Below, in pieces: positions 14,609 through 30,269 of a stretch of DNA of 64,000 nucleotides (within the stretch, counting starts at the first letter, position 1; each line of letters begins with the position of its first letter). The position numbers were made by a program, and so were the translations under genes. The notes beneath the pieces are model-generated. The model was not told the DNA's origin and ran no database searches. It saw nothing but the letters and a program-made list of their open reading frames with translations. The stretch is taken from assembly GCA_951406725.2 (NCBI GenBank), contig OX597833.1, forward strand, positions 63,984,001-64,048,000, in the 5' to 3' direction. Source of the DNA: Octopus vulgaris (lineage: Eukaryota).

Positions 14609-15034
14609 GGCAAATTTATATACAGTAGTTCCTAAAGTGAAAGAGGTTATCAAGTAATAGCAGTGTTGCTAGAAATAAGAGTCAAAACAACTCAGCAGCC
14701 ACAAAAGCACTATTTTAATGACTTAAAAGGAAGACAACATCCCTAGTAAACATAGCCAGATCATCAGTTTTTTTGCAATTTTGATGCAGATCATCTTAAT
14801 TCTCATTGGTGGCTCTTACCGCACGGAGATTTAAACATAACTCACTTTGTCCGCTTCTAAGTAATCCATTGAACTCATACGCTGATTTCGAAAACGGTAA
14901 AAATATAAACTACTAAAAAAAAGATGGCTGGCTTATTAGCAATCTAACAATCTAAGTTATGTTGACTCATATTTCTAGCAATGCTGGTACTATTTTGCAC
15001 CGTCTGTCACTTTAGTGACGCCTATAAATCTGCC
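14609..15034. mobile_element. MITE-like element with ~85 bp imperfect terminal inverted repeats
   Basis: Left end GGCAAATTTATA..CTAAAGTGA..TTGCTAGAAATAAGAGTCAA matches the reverse complement of right end TTGACTCATATTTCTAGCAA..TCACTTTAG..TATAAATCTGCC; adjacent to (TA)n. Confidence 0.65.
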
Positions 15035-15142
15035 TTAAATTGTTAAATTGCTGATAAGCTACTCATATTATATATCTCTCTCTCTCTCTCTGTCTATATA
15101 CATATACATGCACACACACACATACACACACACAAATAACCC

Positions 15143-15279
15143 TTTTCTCTTTTACCTGTTTCAGTCATTTGACTGCGGCCATGCTGGAGCACCGCCTTTA
15201 GTCGAGCAAATCTACCCCGAGACTTATTCTTTGTAAGCCCAGTATTTATTCTATCGGTCTATCAAATACACACACACAT

Positions 15280-15346
<67 letters not shown>

Positions 15347-15509
15347 TACGACAGGCTTCTTTCAGTTTCATTCTACCAAATCCACTCACAAGGCTTTGGT
15401 CGGCCCGGGGCTATAGCGGAAGACACTTGCCCAAGATGCCACGCAGTGGGACTGAACCCGGAACCATGTGGTTGGTAGACAAGCTACTTACCACACAGCC
15501 ACTCCTACA

Positions 15510-15510
<1 letters not shown>
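15143..15510 (-). mobile_element. SINE family A with internal deletion
   Basis: Tail at 15143-15260, head at 15348-15510. Confidence 0.85.
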
Positions 15511-15606
<96 letters not shown>

Positions 15607-16393
15607 GCACACATATAAATATATGTATGTATATACTAACATACCGTATTTAATGGTACATAAGACAAACTTTTTTCCCACTTTTCCCCTAAAAAATTGT
15701 CACAAAAAAGAAAATCGCCCCTATACACGAGGTCTGGCCCACATTACATACTTCAATGCATTAAAACTTCTGCATTTTTTTGCCTCTCTGAAAATGCGAT
15801 GTTTGAGATCGGAATGCGTCTAACATGCAAGAAAGTCTTTTAAAACACCGTCTAATAAAGCACACAGAAACACACACAGACACACATGCATACAGAACAT
15901 GCATTCCACACACAGACGCATTATATATATATCTAGATAGGAAGAAAGAAAGCCAGACAGACAGACAGACAGATAGAGATACAGATTGTCGAATAGACAC
16001 ATGTATTAGCACCGCAGCGTGCTGTTGAGGAGGCATGCGTCTGTTTCCCGTTCCTCTGTTGTTGCAACGAGGTTTCTATTGTAATTACAACCAGCTTCCG
16101 CCATTCAAACACAGCACGGGGGGTTTAACAACTAACACATGTTCTCTATAAAACTGTAACACACCAGAAAAAAAAAAAAACACGCACACACACACAAACA
16201 CACACAAACTCACACTCAGAGATCTGCCGTGATAGAATGTTGTTAAGGGTCAAATACAAACAAGAGCAGATAACTCAAACAACACTTCACATTTAGATCC
16301 ACACTCCCACGTCCCCCCCATATACTCACTCAACTTTTTGCGTACGTGTGTGTTTATGTGTGTGTATGCATGTGTGTGTGTTTGTGCATTTGC

Positions 16394-16436
<43 letters not shown>

Positions 16437-16513
16437 TGTATATATGTGCGTAAATTTATATATATCTATTTATATGTATATATATGTATCTATCTATCTA
16501 TCTATCTATCTAA

Positions 16514-16620
<107 letters not shown>

Positions 16621-16702
16621 TATTTATATACACCCGCATGTTCTGATTCATGTCTGAAATTACATACACACACACACACACTCACACACACCTGTATATA
16701 TG

Positions 16703-16763
<61 letters not shown>

Positions 16764-16908
16764 CAAATACCTATAATTAGATTAGTGTTGAGTAGAGCAC
16801 AGTTGAAGCTACCTGTTGTCATCCGTAGTTGTAGTACACTTCCGTTGGAATTACTCCAGGAACCTCACAGAAGTAGTTTGGGTAACAGTTTCAATTAATT
16901 GTAGGAGA

Positions 16909-17005
16909 TGGATTTCCTATTAGACTTCTTTATCAATGTACCGAAAGAGATCCAGACAGATGGATCGAAACATTTGTAACTAAAAGAAGTCTGATACGAA
17001 ATCCA
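16909..17005 (+). ncRNA. Degenerate hammerhead-like motif closing a long stem
   Basis: CCGAAAGA gatcc-agacagat-ggatc GAAA catttg TA, enclosed by pairing flanks TGGATTTCCTATTAGACTTCTT / AAGAAGTCTGATACGAAATCCA; the core is mutated. Confidence 0.4.
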
Positions 17006-17078
17006 ACGCGTACTATTAATTAATACTGTATACATATACATATACATACATACATACATACATACATACATACATACA

Positions 17079-17129
<51 letters not shown>

Positions 17130-17503
17130 GTATGCCCAAAGACTTGGGCAAGTGTCTTCTACTATAGCCTGTTGCCGACCAAAATTCTGTGAGTGGAATT
17201 GATAGACGGAAACTGATAGACGTCGTGTATATAACAAAATTCTCTGAGTAAAATGCTAAGGCTGGTTCCTTCTGATGAGGCGATTTTTTGGTAATCTTCC
17301 TTTAGACACCATCCGAAATTCCAGTTTAATCCTTGGCTACTTAGAGTGTAGAGTACAATATTTATAATTAGGAGAGTAAGAAGAAAGAAGGATTTGAACA
17401 TTTAAACTTTATGTTTATTTCCAGTTTAGTTTATTCATAAATAAACAAACTAGAAACATACATAGAGTTTGAATGTTTACATACACCCTTCTCATCACTC
17501 TCC

Positions 17504-17582
<79 letters not shown>

Positions 17583-17863
17583 ATATATATATATATATAT
17601 ATAGTAGAAATATGTTACGAAAAGACAATATAAAATAAACGTGGAAATGTAAGGGCAAAATATTAAAATTCAACGAAAATGCACCTTGCAAATAGTAAAA
17701 GGCTATTTATGACAGGTAACGACAAATATATACATTTAGATTGACTGAGGTAGTAATATGAGTCATAAAAGTCATTATTATGAGATGATTATAAGATGAT
17801 AATAAAGTAAGAGACCGAACCATGGTTTACGCAAAGCTATTCATCGTATATATATATATATAC

Positions 17864-18070
17864 AGTTAATTCAAACATGAACAAGCAAGGAAAAACAACA
17901 ACACGAGGACGTGGAAGAAGTACAGTGTTGTTGGACGCTCAGGAAAGGAGAGAAAAGAAAGAGAATTTCACGTTCCGAGCGGAGCTCTAAATCAGAAATA
18001 TCGAAAAATTCCAAAGAAGGGAAGACGGAGAAAGTAAATCGCCAACGATACACACGCGGTCACATATTGA
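17864..18070 (-). mobile_element. Short (TA)n-embedded element with decayed hammerhead (same family as 58922-59112)
   Basis: Homologous over its length to 58922-59112; minus strand 17965-17999 reads attt CTGATTT a gagc-tcc-gctc GGAA cg TG aaat. Confidence 0.7.
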
Positions 18071-18072
18071 AA

Positions 18073-18139
<67 letters not shown>

Positions 18140-18526
18140 CATATATATATATAAAAAAATTAGGAAACAAAAGAAATTATCAGTTTTCGTGATTAATATA
18201 TATATATATATATATAGTTGAGTGCGATATATTTAATAGAAAAATAATACATATCATATTTCACTATTTGAAGATAAAGTGGAGTAGACCATAAGTTGGT
18301 GATAGAAATACAGTGTTTTGTGAGATACAAAGTATGTTTTGTAGGTCTGGACACCTGAACTCCTGGACAACTCCGTCTGAACAACTGGACAACTTCATCA
18401 GACTCGTTACTTCATCAGAAACAATACGGAAAAGAATATCCAATCCCTCTGAAAAGCTGTGCTCCAGCATGGCCTTAGCCACGTGTTGAAAGTAGTAAAA
18501 GCTGAAAGGAAATATGAAAGATATCT

Positions 18527-18700
18527 ATACCTACCTACCTACCTACCTACCTACCTACCTACCTACCTCCCTCCCTACCTACCTACCTACCTACCTACCT
18601 ACCTACCTACCTACCTACCTACCTACCTACCTACCTACCTACCTACCTACCTACCTACCTACCTACCTACTTACCTACCTACCTACTTACTTACCTACTT
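18527..18700. repeat. (CTAC)n microsatellite
   Basis: Direct reading. Confidence 0.95.
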
Positions 18701-18737
18701 ACATGCATTCATACATACGTCCATACATATAAATATA

Positions 18738-18782
18738 AACTGTCCGATGAACGGCAACGGGGAAGCTCAGAGTAACAGGTTT
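18738..18782 (+). ncRNA. Degenerate type I hammerhead
   Basis: ctgt CCGATGA acggcaacggg GAAG ctcagag TA acag: stems I and III are retained, with two core substitutions and a weak stem II. Confidence 0.45.
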
Positions 18783-19032
18783 TGTTGAATTTTCTGCTGC
18801 TTTAAATAAAGCATATTACTCTACCACTGGTATTTGAGTACTCTTTTTTCCACCTTGTTTCAAATTTATGTGTTTACTCCGGTATAAATATAAATATAAA
18901 TATATATATACATATGAATATGTATGTATCTATATGTATGTATATGTATGTATGTATAAATATATATGTATATATATATATATATTGATCAAAATAAAAC
19001 ATGATGCCAAGGATTCAGCAGTACATATGCGG

Positions 19033-19073
<41 letters not shown>

Positions 19074-19147
19074 CATATTTATATATATATATGTATGTGT
19101 ATATATTTATATATATGTGTGTGCATTATATAAGTAGGTATATATGC

Positions 19148-19178
<31 letters not shown>

Positions 19179-19424
19179 TGTATGTATGTATGTATGTATG
19201 TATGTATGTATGTATATATACACATAACCGTGTGACTATATTGTCGACGCTTGTTGCAGATGTCAGTTAAAGGAAGCAGTGAACCAAACATAATTCTACA
19301 TAGAAAACTGCATCGCTGACAATGATGAGAACTTCTGGGGAGGGAATAATCTCCAGAGGATTATGGGATATGTAAGAAATGCTATGGAAGAGCGTACAGA
19401 TGTGCTAATGCCAAAGAGATTTTG

Positions 19425-19472
<48 letters not shown>

Positions 19473-19572
19473 TGTATGACGTTTGCGTATGTTACTTGTA
19501 CATTTGTTGCGTTAAACCTATGTTGTGTATATGAGTGTATGCGTTTGTGCGTTAGTATGAGAGTGTGTGTGC

Positions 19573-19629
<57 letters not shown>

Positions 19630-19724
19630 CGAAGAGTTTTTGGCAGATAATACAAGACGACCAAAGAAAACTGGTTGAGTACACACTCAAAAACTGAGAA
19701 TGCGATGTCCACACACATACAAAT

Positions 19725-19756
<32 letters not shown>

Positions 19757-19952
19757 GCACGCACGCACACACAAAGACACACACAGTCACACTGAGGCAC
19801 ACATAGACACACACGCATGCATAGATAAATACATACGTGCATATAAATGTGTGTGGTGTGTAGATATGGTTGTGTTTACCGCTTTGTGTGTTTGTATATG
19901 TATATGTACATAAACATATGCACATATAGTATACATACACACACACACACAC

Positions 19953-20007
<55 letters not shown>

Positions 20008-20303
20008 TATATATATGCATATATATATGTATATGTATATATATATACATATATATATATTTATGTGAATATATATATATATATATATATATGTATAATA
20101 CACACACACACACACAGGCACACACACATATATATATATATGTTCATACCCTGCTTACCAACCACACGGTTCTGGGTTCAGTCCCACTGCCTGGCACCTT
20201 AGGCATGTGTCTTCTCCTATACCTTCAGGCCGACCAAACACTTGTGAGTGGATTTGGTAGACGGAAACTGAAAGAAGCCCGTCGTATATATCAATGTATA
20301 TTT

Positions 20304-20374
<71 letters not shown>

Positions 20375-20994
20375 CATATATCATGCATGCATATATAATA
20401 GATACACGCACACATATATATATCTATGTATGCATATATATATATATGTCTGTGTGCGTGTGTGTGTATAAACACACACACGCACACAGACATATATATA
20501 TTTCTATGTATATACAGGCAATTTCATAAATGCCCGTATGCCGACACATATTGGTTGCATGTGTCTACGATAATTACGCGAAATGGCGTGTGTCTCTCAT
20601 CATACAGCTTCGCTTGACACAATAGCTCTTCCTGTGAATGTTATCACCCAAAGCACCATAGCAACACGGCCTATGCCGAATCGCTACGATTCCAATGATT
20701 CTCTCTTGGATATGGTAAATGCTCAGAAAATCGCTTAGAACTGCAGTAATGCAACAATATGTTTAGATTTCTATAAAATGCTGACCTCTTTTTCAATGCC
20801 GAACAGAATTCTGGGAAGCATAACATCACGAAGATCAGTGACACGGGATGACCTTTACAGGGTGAACAGAATATAAGAGAATCTCTTTTATATGCTAAAC
20901 TTTTCCACCCACTTCCCTGAAATGTCTGTTTCTATGTCCCTCTGAGTCTGTCCGTCTGTATGTCTGCCTGCCTCTAAGCCTGCCTGCCTGTCTG

Positions 20995-21029
<35 letters not shown>

Positions 21030-21141
21030 ATACGTATCTATGTACGGATGCATCCATCTATCTATCGTCTTCTACTATAAGCCTTGGGCCGACCAAAACC
21101 TTGTGAGTGGATCTGGTAGACGGAAACTGAAAAAGGCCGTC

Positions 21142-21259
<118 letters not shown>

Positions 21260-21264
21260 CGTTT

Positions 21265-21462
21265 TTCTTTTAATTGTTTTAGTCGTTTGACAGCGGCCAT
21301 GCTGGAGCACCGCCTTTAGTCGAGCAAATCGACGCCAGGACTTATTCGTTGGAAGTCTAGTACTGATTCTATCGCTCTCTTTTGTCGAACCGCTAAGTTA
21401 CAGGGACGTAAACACACCAGCATCGGTTGTCAAGCGATGCTGGTTTTCCAAACACAGACACA

Positions 21463-21539
<77 letters not shown>

Positions 21540-21700
21540 GTATATATGACAGGCTTCTTTCAGACTCCGACTACCGAATCCACTCACAAGGCTTTGGTCG
21601 GCCCAAGGCTATAGTAGAAGACACTTGCCAAAGGTGCCACGCAGTAGTACTGAACCCGGAACCATATGGTTGGGAAGCATGCTACTTACCACACAGCTAC
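21265..21700 (-). mobile_element. SINE family A
   Basis: Reverse complement of the 301-717 type; it faces a partial plus-strand copy at ~21065-21145. Confidence 0.85.
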
Positions 21701-22095
21701 GCCACACAAACGCATATTCACATAGCATATACAAACAGGCGAACAAAGTAAATACATACACGCACAACAGTTTGTTAAATAACGAAGTGTATGCTCTCCC
21801 ATATTCTATGTATTCTATGTCTCCACAGACACACACACAGACACGCACGCACACACACACACACACACACACAACACACACACCCCCACAAACACTGATA
21901 TATATGTGTATATACTTGGATGCAAACATACGCATAACCATATTTGTAGATATATAAATATATACATGTATATGTTTATATTTATATATATATACATATA
22001 TATAATGGTACATATATATATATATATATATATGCATGTATGCATACACATGTATATACGTGCATATATACATACACATGTATATATATGCATAT

Positions 22096-22130
<35 letters not shown>

Positions 22131-22307
22131 AATATAAACATATACATGTATATATTTATATATCTACGATTATGTATATATATGTATATATATGCATATA
22201 TACACACACACATATATATATATATACACATACATGCACGCATATCTACACATACAGTTACATCAAGGTATAGTTGTACACGCCTGCGTTTGTGTGTGTT
22301 CGTAGGC

Positions 22308-22408
<101 letters not shown>

Positions 22409-22889
22409 CATGTATACGTACGTATATATGTTCGTGTATTGATTTGGTTTTCGCTGTTCTCGCTTCCTCTATGAAATAACTAATAATTTTTATATGAATA
22501 ATACATAGCTATTTCACTGCTATATAGCATAGAGCATTATCACATATTATATTATATAGTCTATACATTTATCAAATATATTATAATAGGAATCTAAAGT
22601 TGAAAAACAGCAATCATAATAATTACAAGAAGACTTTATGGTGCGACATTAAGATAATTTAGCCTGCAGCAGCTAAGTAAGAGGAATGAAAGTATGAACG
22701 GAATAAATAAATAGAGAATTAAGGAATGAAACAAATAAGGACAGAAGATGGAGATTCAAATATATACCTTACGTAACACTATATATATATATATATATAA
22801 ATGTATTTTCAAATATAAGTACATATGTGTACAAATATATATACGTATACATATATACTTACACGCATATATATATGTATATATGTATT

Positions 22890-22968
<79 letters not shown>

Positions 22969-23112
22969 TTATATTTATGTAAGCACTTTCATACTGCTAA
23001 TAAAAGAAACGAAATTTTTGTGAATATGGAACTTTGCATAAGAAAGCAGAAAATACACAGATAGGGTTTGTAAGTTATATGTATGTATATGTATGTATAT
23101 ACACACACGCAT

Positions 23113-23165
<53 letters not shown>

Positions 23166-23475
23166 TGTGGATGTGTGTGTGTGGTTAGATAGATATATAG
23201 ATAAATAGATAGACAGATAGATATATGTGATTATGTACTATATATGTATGTATATGTGTGCGTATATATATGTGTGTATATATATATACATACATACATA
23301 CATACATACACACACATGTATGTATGAATAAGCTTCATGCACGACACCTACATTAGGTTATATACACTAAGAAACGGACAATCACACACACATACAGAAA
23401 CAACGTTTTCATATGCACACACACGTACACACTTGCAGAAACAAACACACACACACAACCATATATATATATATT

Positions 23476-23537
<62 letters not shown>

Positions 23538-23549
23538 TATATGTATATG

Positions 23550-23641
<92 letters not shown>

Positions 23642-23854
23642 CATACATATATTTCTATCACAGAAGCACTTATGCACACGCTTGGCTCAAAGAGAGGATA
23701 AAAGAAATGAAAACAGTTCGAGACTGGATGTGTAGATTGTAAAGAATTTTATGTAAATCGGATGGAAATATGAAGAATTAGAAGAAACATTAATTTAGTG
23801 AAGTCTCAAAGGAATAATAAATAAGGAGAGAGAGAGGATGGCGTTGGCGATGGT

Positions 23855-24011
23855 GACAATGATGATGATGATGATGATGGTGACGGCGACGATGACGTTG
23901 ATGGTGATGACGGCAATGATGATGATACTGTTGATAATGATGATGATGATGATGATGATGATGGTGATGATGAATTGGATAATGATGAATTGGATAATAA
24001 TGATGATGATG

Positions 24012-24043
<32 letters not shown>

Positions 24044-24069
24044 GATGATGATGGTGAAGATGATGATGG

Positions 24070-24134
<65 letters not shown>

Positions 24135-24176
24135 GTGAAGATGATGATGGTGATGATGATGATGAATTGGATAATC

Positions 24177-24210
<34 letters not shown>

Positions 24211-24211
24211 C

Positions 24212-24244
<33 letters not shown>

Positions 24245-24252
24245 TTGGAATC

Positions 24253-24343
<91 letters not shown>

Positions 24344-24555
24344 CGGTGAAGATGATGATGGTGAATTCGATAATGATCATGATGAAAAACACGATGATGA
24401 TGATTACGATGATAAACGTGATGGTGTTGACGACGACGATGATAATGATGATGATGATCATGATGGTGAAGATGATGATAGTGATGATGATGATGGTGAC
24501 GGCGACGATGATGAAGTTACAGGTGGTGGGCATGATGATGACGGCGATGATGATT
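23855..24555. repeat. Compound (GAT)n microsatellite, ~700 bp
   Basis: Direct reading; source of the poly-M/D/H ORFs. Confidence 0.95.
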
Positions 24556-24681
24556 ATGCCATGATTATCATAACGTTTTGATGTCTGCTAACACGCGCGT
24601 GTATAATTGAAATATCTCTGTTCCTAAGGTCGCACCCATACAAACGGGGATTGCATATATACATATGTATGCATGCATATT

Positions 24682-24714
<33 letters not shown>

Positions 24715-24749
24715 ATGTGTGTATGTATGTACATCTACATATATGTATG

Positions 24750-24780
<31 letters not shown>

Positions 24781-24821
24781 ATACATAGATGTGTGCGTGT
24801 AGGTATGTATTTAAATAGATG

Positions 24822-24910
<89 letters not shown>

Positions 24911-24954
24911 GTGTGTGCGTGCGTGTGTGTAATGGATATATACGTATATATATG

Positions 24955-24985
<31 letters not shown>

Positions 24986-25051
24986 GGCGTGTGTGTGTAT
25001 ATACATATATGTCTGTGCGTGTGTGTATGTATGTATATATATATATGTATG

Positions 25052-25082
<31 letters not shown>

Positions 25083-25253
25083 GTATATATATTTATGTAT
25101 TTTTAAGTTTCCTTATACCTTCACACAAATATCCATACATACATACATACATCCATCCATCCGACTGAGAGTTTCGAATGTCCTGTCCGTGTTTATTGTA
25201 TCGTCTTCTAAGAGTTATACGTTCTTGTCCATGTTGTATTTTTCTACATACCT

Positions 25254-25357
<104 letters not shown>

Positions 25358-25675
25358 TATACGTATGTATTCAATTCCTTTTGTGCCAATCGCTTTCGTC
25401 TGACTCTCTTCGTCAACTTTAGTTTGTACTATTTGTAAAAGTGTGATTGGTACTTTCTCTCTTTGCTACTAAACATTGACTAATATCTCTTTGAATGCTA
25501 ATACAGCAACGCCTGAATGTCAGATCAGATCAAATACTTATTCATTCCTTTGAGAATCCTCCTCTCATATGAATGTCAGCTCGGCGTAGTTTATATGCAA
25601 AACCTTTCTCTCTTATATCTCACCCGTCCAACGTCTGACAGTTGATAGGAGGACAACGACCAGGATATATATATC

Positions 25676-25706
<31 letters not shown>

Positions 25707-25777
25707 TTGTATGTATGTATGTATGTATGTATGTATGTATGTATGTATGTATACAAACACACATACACACACACACA

Positions 25778-25818
<41 letters not shown>

Positions 25819-25995
25819 ATATGTATATATATATATATATGATGTGAGTTCGTACAAGATGTCGCTTATATCCCGTTTTCGTGTTGATATGGCGTAAATA
25901 GAATTTGTACCACCAACGACTTAGTGTTGCAAAAGACCTCGTTTCACCAATCGTAAAGATAGGATTGCATCCGTTGGAAATAGTTAGATATATAC

Positions 25996-26068
<73 letters not shown>

Positions 26069-26207
26069 TATTTCTCTCAAATGCACATGCATGCGCACAC
26101 ATATAGACACCCAGTCACACTCACACACACACATACATGCACTCTCACACAAATAGACTGATGTATATTTTTATATTTATATACATAAATAAGTATACTT
26201 TCATAGA

Positions 26208-26247
<40 letters not shown>

Positions 26248-26334
26248 TATATATACATGCACATATACATTCATACGTATATATATATATATATATGTGT
26301 GTACATATATATACATTCACATATACATGCATAC

Positions 26335-26381
<47 letters not shown>

Positions 26382-26833
26382 CATATATATATATATACAT
26401 ATAAATTCGGTGCTCCAGCATGGCTGCATTCAAATGATTGAAATGCGTAAAAGAATATCTATATAACAGGTCGCGATCTCAAAGTGACGAAAACATTTTG
26501 GCGAATTAAATTTAAATGTTGAAGTGAATCGAACGGTTTTTGTGTGTTTCTAAAATGGGTTATAAACACCTTCCACGCTGCAATTGTTTTCGTTCCAGCA
26601 CACGATCTCAGATAAAGTCACTCGCTATGCAAGTACATCTCCGTAATATATGTATGTTTGCGGAGTTCGCCTCCAGGTACCTGACATGTGGATCCCAATT
26701 TGTGGAATTTGTGGAACACCAATTCCGTTTCCCAGATGCGTTCATGACTGCTCTCCTCCGCTCCTCAAATGACCCAAATTCCCGGAAGACAATCTCTAAC
26801 GTCCGGTCATACTGATATATATGTCATCGTCGA

Positions 26834-27204
26834 GTGGAGGCGCAATGGCCCAGTGGTTAGAGCAGCGGACTCGCGGTCGGAGGATCGCAGTTTCGATTCC
26901 CAGACCGTGCATTGTGAGTGTTTATTGAGCGAAAACACCTAAAGCTCCATGAGGCTCCGGCAGGGGGTGGGGGGGTGAACCCTGCTGTACTCTTTCACCA
27001 CAATTTTCTCTCACGCTTTCTTCCTGTTTCTCTTGTACCTGTATTTCAAAGGGCCAGCCTTGTCCCACTCTGTGTCACGCTGAATCTCCTCGAGAACTAC
27101 GTTAAGGGTACACGTGTCTGTGGAGTGCTCAGCCACTTGCACGTTAATATCACGAGCAAGTTGTTCCGTTGATCGTATCAGCTGGGACCCTGACGGAGTG
27201 CTCC
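26834..27204 (+). mobile_element. SINE family C (head H1 + tail T2) with long TSD
   Basis: tRNA-like head TGGCCCAGTGGTTAGAGCAGCGGACTCGCGG..GTTTCGATTCC; TSD TATATGTCATCGTCGA(GTG) at 26818-26836 and 27205-27223. Confidence 0.88.
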
Positions 27205-27486
27205 TATATGTCATCGTCGAGTGAACCGACCAGATGGAAAATAACAAATGTCAAGAGGCAAAGATTAGACACCGAAGACGCAAGGATCAACTGGCATGTC
27301 CTCGTCCCCTGCTAATACATCCCGGGCGATAATAGCTCATCGGCTCTTCTATACCACCCTTAACAAGAACAGGCCTCCCCAGGCACTGGCACGCTTCACA
27401 CCCATGAATATGAAGAAGCACAATCACTCGCTACAGATTAACTACTCGGATACAAGTTAATGCCGACAACTTCATGGTGGATTTGT

Positions 27487-27913
27487 TACTCTTACTCTCT
27501 TTTACTCGTTTACTTGTTTCAGTCGTTTGACTGCGGCCATGCTGGAGCACCGCCTTTAATCGAGCAAATCGACCCCGGGACTTATTCTTTGTAAGCCCAG
27601 TACTTATTCTATCGGTCTCTTTTGCGGAACCGCTAAGTGACGGGGACGTAAACACACCAGCATCGGTTGCCATGCAATGCTAGGAGGACAAACACAGACA
27701 TACAAACACACACACATACACACACACACATATATATATATACATATATACGACAGGCTTCTTTCAGTTTCCGTCTACCAAATCCACTCACAAGGCATTG
27801 GTCGGCCCGGGGCTATAGCAGAAGACACTTGCCCAAGGTGTAACGCAGTGGAACTGAACCCGGAACCATGTGGCTGGTTAGCAAACTACTTACCACACAG
27901 CCACTCCTGCGCC
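27487..27913 (-). mobile_element. Full-length SINE family A
   Basis: Reverse complement of the 11308-11773 type. Confidence 0.9.
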
Positions 27914-27940
27914 TATATTGTATATATAATACCACATTTT

Positions 27941-28378
27941 TAAGGTGGTGACCTAGCAGAAACGTTAGCACACCGGTTGAAATGCGTAGCGTTATTTCAT
28001 CCGGCTTTACTTTCCCAGTTCAAATTCCCCCGAGGTCGACTTTCCCTTTCCCCCTTTCGGGTTCGATAAATTTAGTTCCGGTTGCGTACTGGGGTCAATC
28101 TAATCGACTGGCCCCCCTCCCCCAAAATTTCTGGCCTTGTGCCTAGAATAAAGAGTCTTTAAGGCGGCGAGTTGGCAGAATCGTTAGCACGCCGTGGAAA
28201 ATGCTTAGCGGGGTTTCGTCTGTCTTTACGTTCTGACTTCAAATTCCACCGATGTCGACTTTGCCTTTCATCATTTCGGTATCGATAAATTAAGTACCAG
28301 TTGCGTACTGGGATCGATCTAATATTCAGGCCCTCTCCCCCAAAATTCCGGGCCTTGTGCCTAGAGTAGAAAAGATTA
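27941..28378 (+). mobile_element. Two adjacent SINE family B monomers with the alternative 3' end
   Basis: Each has a full head and ends CCCCAAAATTYCKGGCCTTGTGCCTAGA. Confidence 0.82.
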
Positions 28379-29318
28379 TATCTCATTTTGATATTGCGCA
28401 ATTTATCATTCATTGTGATGCTAACCGTGGTAAGGTTTATACTTGTTTATGGCGATTCTATTGCATACACACACATATATATCTATAAATATATAGGTAT
28501 ATATATATATATATATGTATATAAAAATATATATATATATATATACAAGCGTAGACACACAGGCGTGCACATAAATACACACACTTCACACACACACATG
28601 CAAACTCATGTGCGCTGCGCTTAATTGATGACTCAATCTCATGCGTGTATATATATATGTGTGTGTGTGTGTGTATATATATATGCATGTATATATATTT
28701 ATTTATAACTATACAGGAATGTTATAGTTACAGAAACGTCAATATATATATATATATATAACGATGCATTATACACAATCACACACACACACGTGTACAC
28801 AAATACATACACATTCATATATACACATATATATACATATCTGTGTCTGTATGTGTGTGTCTGTGTAATTACAAAATATAAAAAATTACAAAAGCTGTGA
28901 ACATTAAGTTAAAAAAGGATTCATGATCTGTAACTCGGTAATAACATTCAAAGTCCGATTTGTCTCTACCGAAAGACAAACATCATTGACCAAATATTAT
29001 TTTTATTGGTCTAGCACGCTTAAATGGTTTTCGATGTTGATTCTCCCCTGCTGTGTATTTATGTAATTAATAAAATGTAAATATACACAATATTTCTAGA
29101 CGGAATTATATCTGGGAGCTTATTTTGTTGTTTTTAGATTGCCTTGTAGATTTTTATAATTTGCGTAAGGGAGATAACTAATGTTATCCTGATCGTATTC
29201 CTAACGATACGTACTGCTGAGGATCTTTTTTTTTGTGAGTGGACATCTTGTCAATGTTTCATTTCTTTGGTTTAAGACGCTGAATATTGTTAAATTTATT
29301 TTCCTACGTCTCCGATAT

Positions 29319-29550
29319 ATTTCTTTACTATCCACAAGGGGCTAAACATAGAGGGGACAAACAAGGACAGACAAACGGATTAAGTCGATTACATCGACCC
29401 CAGTGCGAAACTGGTACTGTATTTATCGACCCTGAAAGGATGAAAGGCAAAGTCTGCCACGGCGGAATTTGAACTCAGAACGTAACGTCAGACGAAATAC
29501 CGCTAAGCATTTCGCCCGGCGCGCTAACGTTTCTGGCAGCTCGCCGCCTT
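29319..29550 (-). mobile_element. SINE family B monomer
   Basis: Head plus one body. Confidence 0.85.
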
Positions 29551-29762
29551 GTATTGACATATATATTGCAAAATTTTCCTTGATATACACACTTGTATCT
29601 CTACTTTGGGTTTGTAGTCGCATTGACACTGTCGGAATGTGTGGATTAAGGGTGGCACTTCGAACGGTGACACTTTGGTACGGCTGACTGTATATTAGAC
29701 ATGTTTTGGAGACAGTAGGTTTCGGAACTGGAGACAAACATATATACTCGCGCAGACACACG

Positions 29763-29798
<36 letters not shown>

Positions 29799-29812
29799 TT
29801 CTCGCACATGCG

Positions 29813-29856
<44 letters not shown>

Positions 29857-30229
29857 GAGAAATTAGGCATATATGTAAACGCAACTCAAAGCTCATACAC
29901 ATGAAGAGAGATAGAAAGAGACAGAGAAGGAGAGAGGAGAAAGAGATGACAAAGAGAAAAAGAGAGAACGAGAGAGGAGCTGGTGAACGAGAAAAACGTT
30001 CAAATGCCTTATGTCATCACCACCAAAGCGTCGGTTCAGAAATTGCTGTGCCACGACAAGTCACGTGCACTTGATAAGGCCATAATGAATTCATTAGGCC
30101 TTTGAGTTTGAAAGGACGTCTGGGAATTTAATCTTAGAGTTTGAACTTGTTCACCATTCTGCATATTTATGCGATTTCTGAAACATCCAAAGGTTTTAGC
30201 ACAAGGTCATATTACCTCCTTTTCCTCCT

Positions 30230-30237
30230 CCTCTTCT

Positions 30238-30269
<32 letters not shown>

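Noticed and set aside
23790-24581. Long poly-Met/Asp/His ORFs
   Set aside because: They are translations of a (GAT)n tract that is open in several frames; no coding signal
26834-26910. tRNA gene
   Set aside because: A/B boxes are present but there is no complete cloverleaf, and the sequence runs into a SINE body within a TSD
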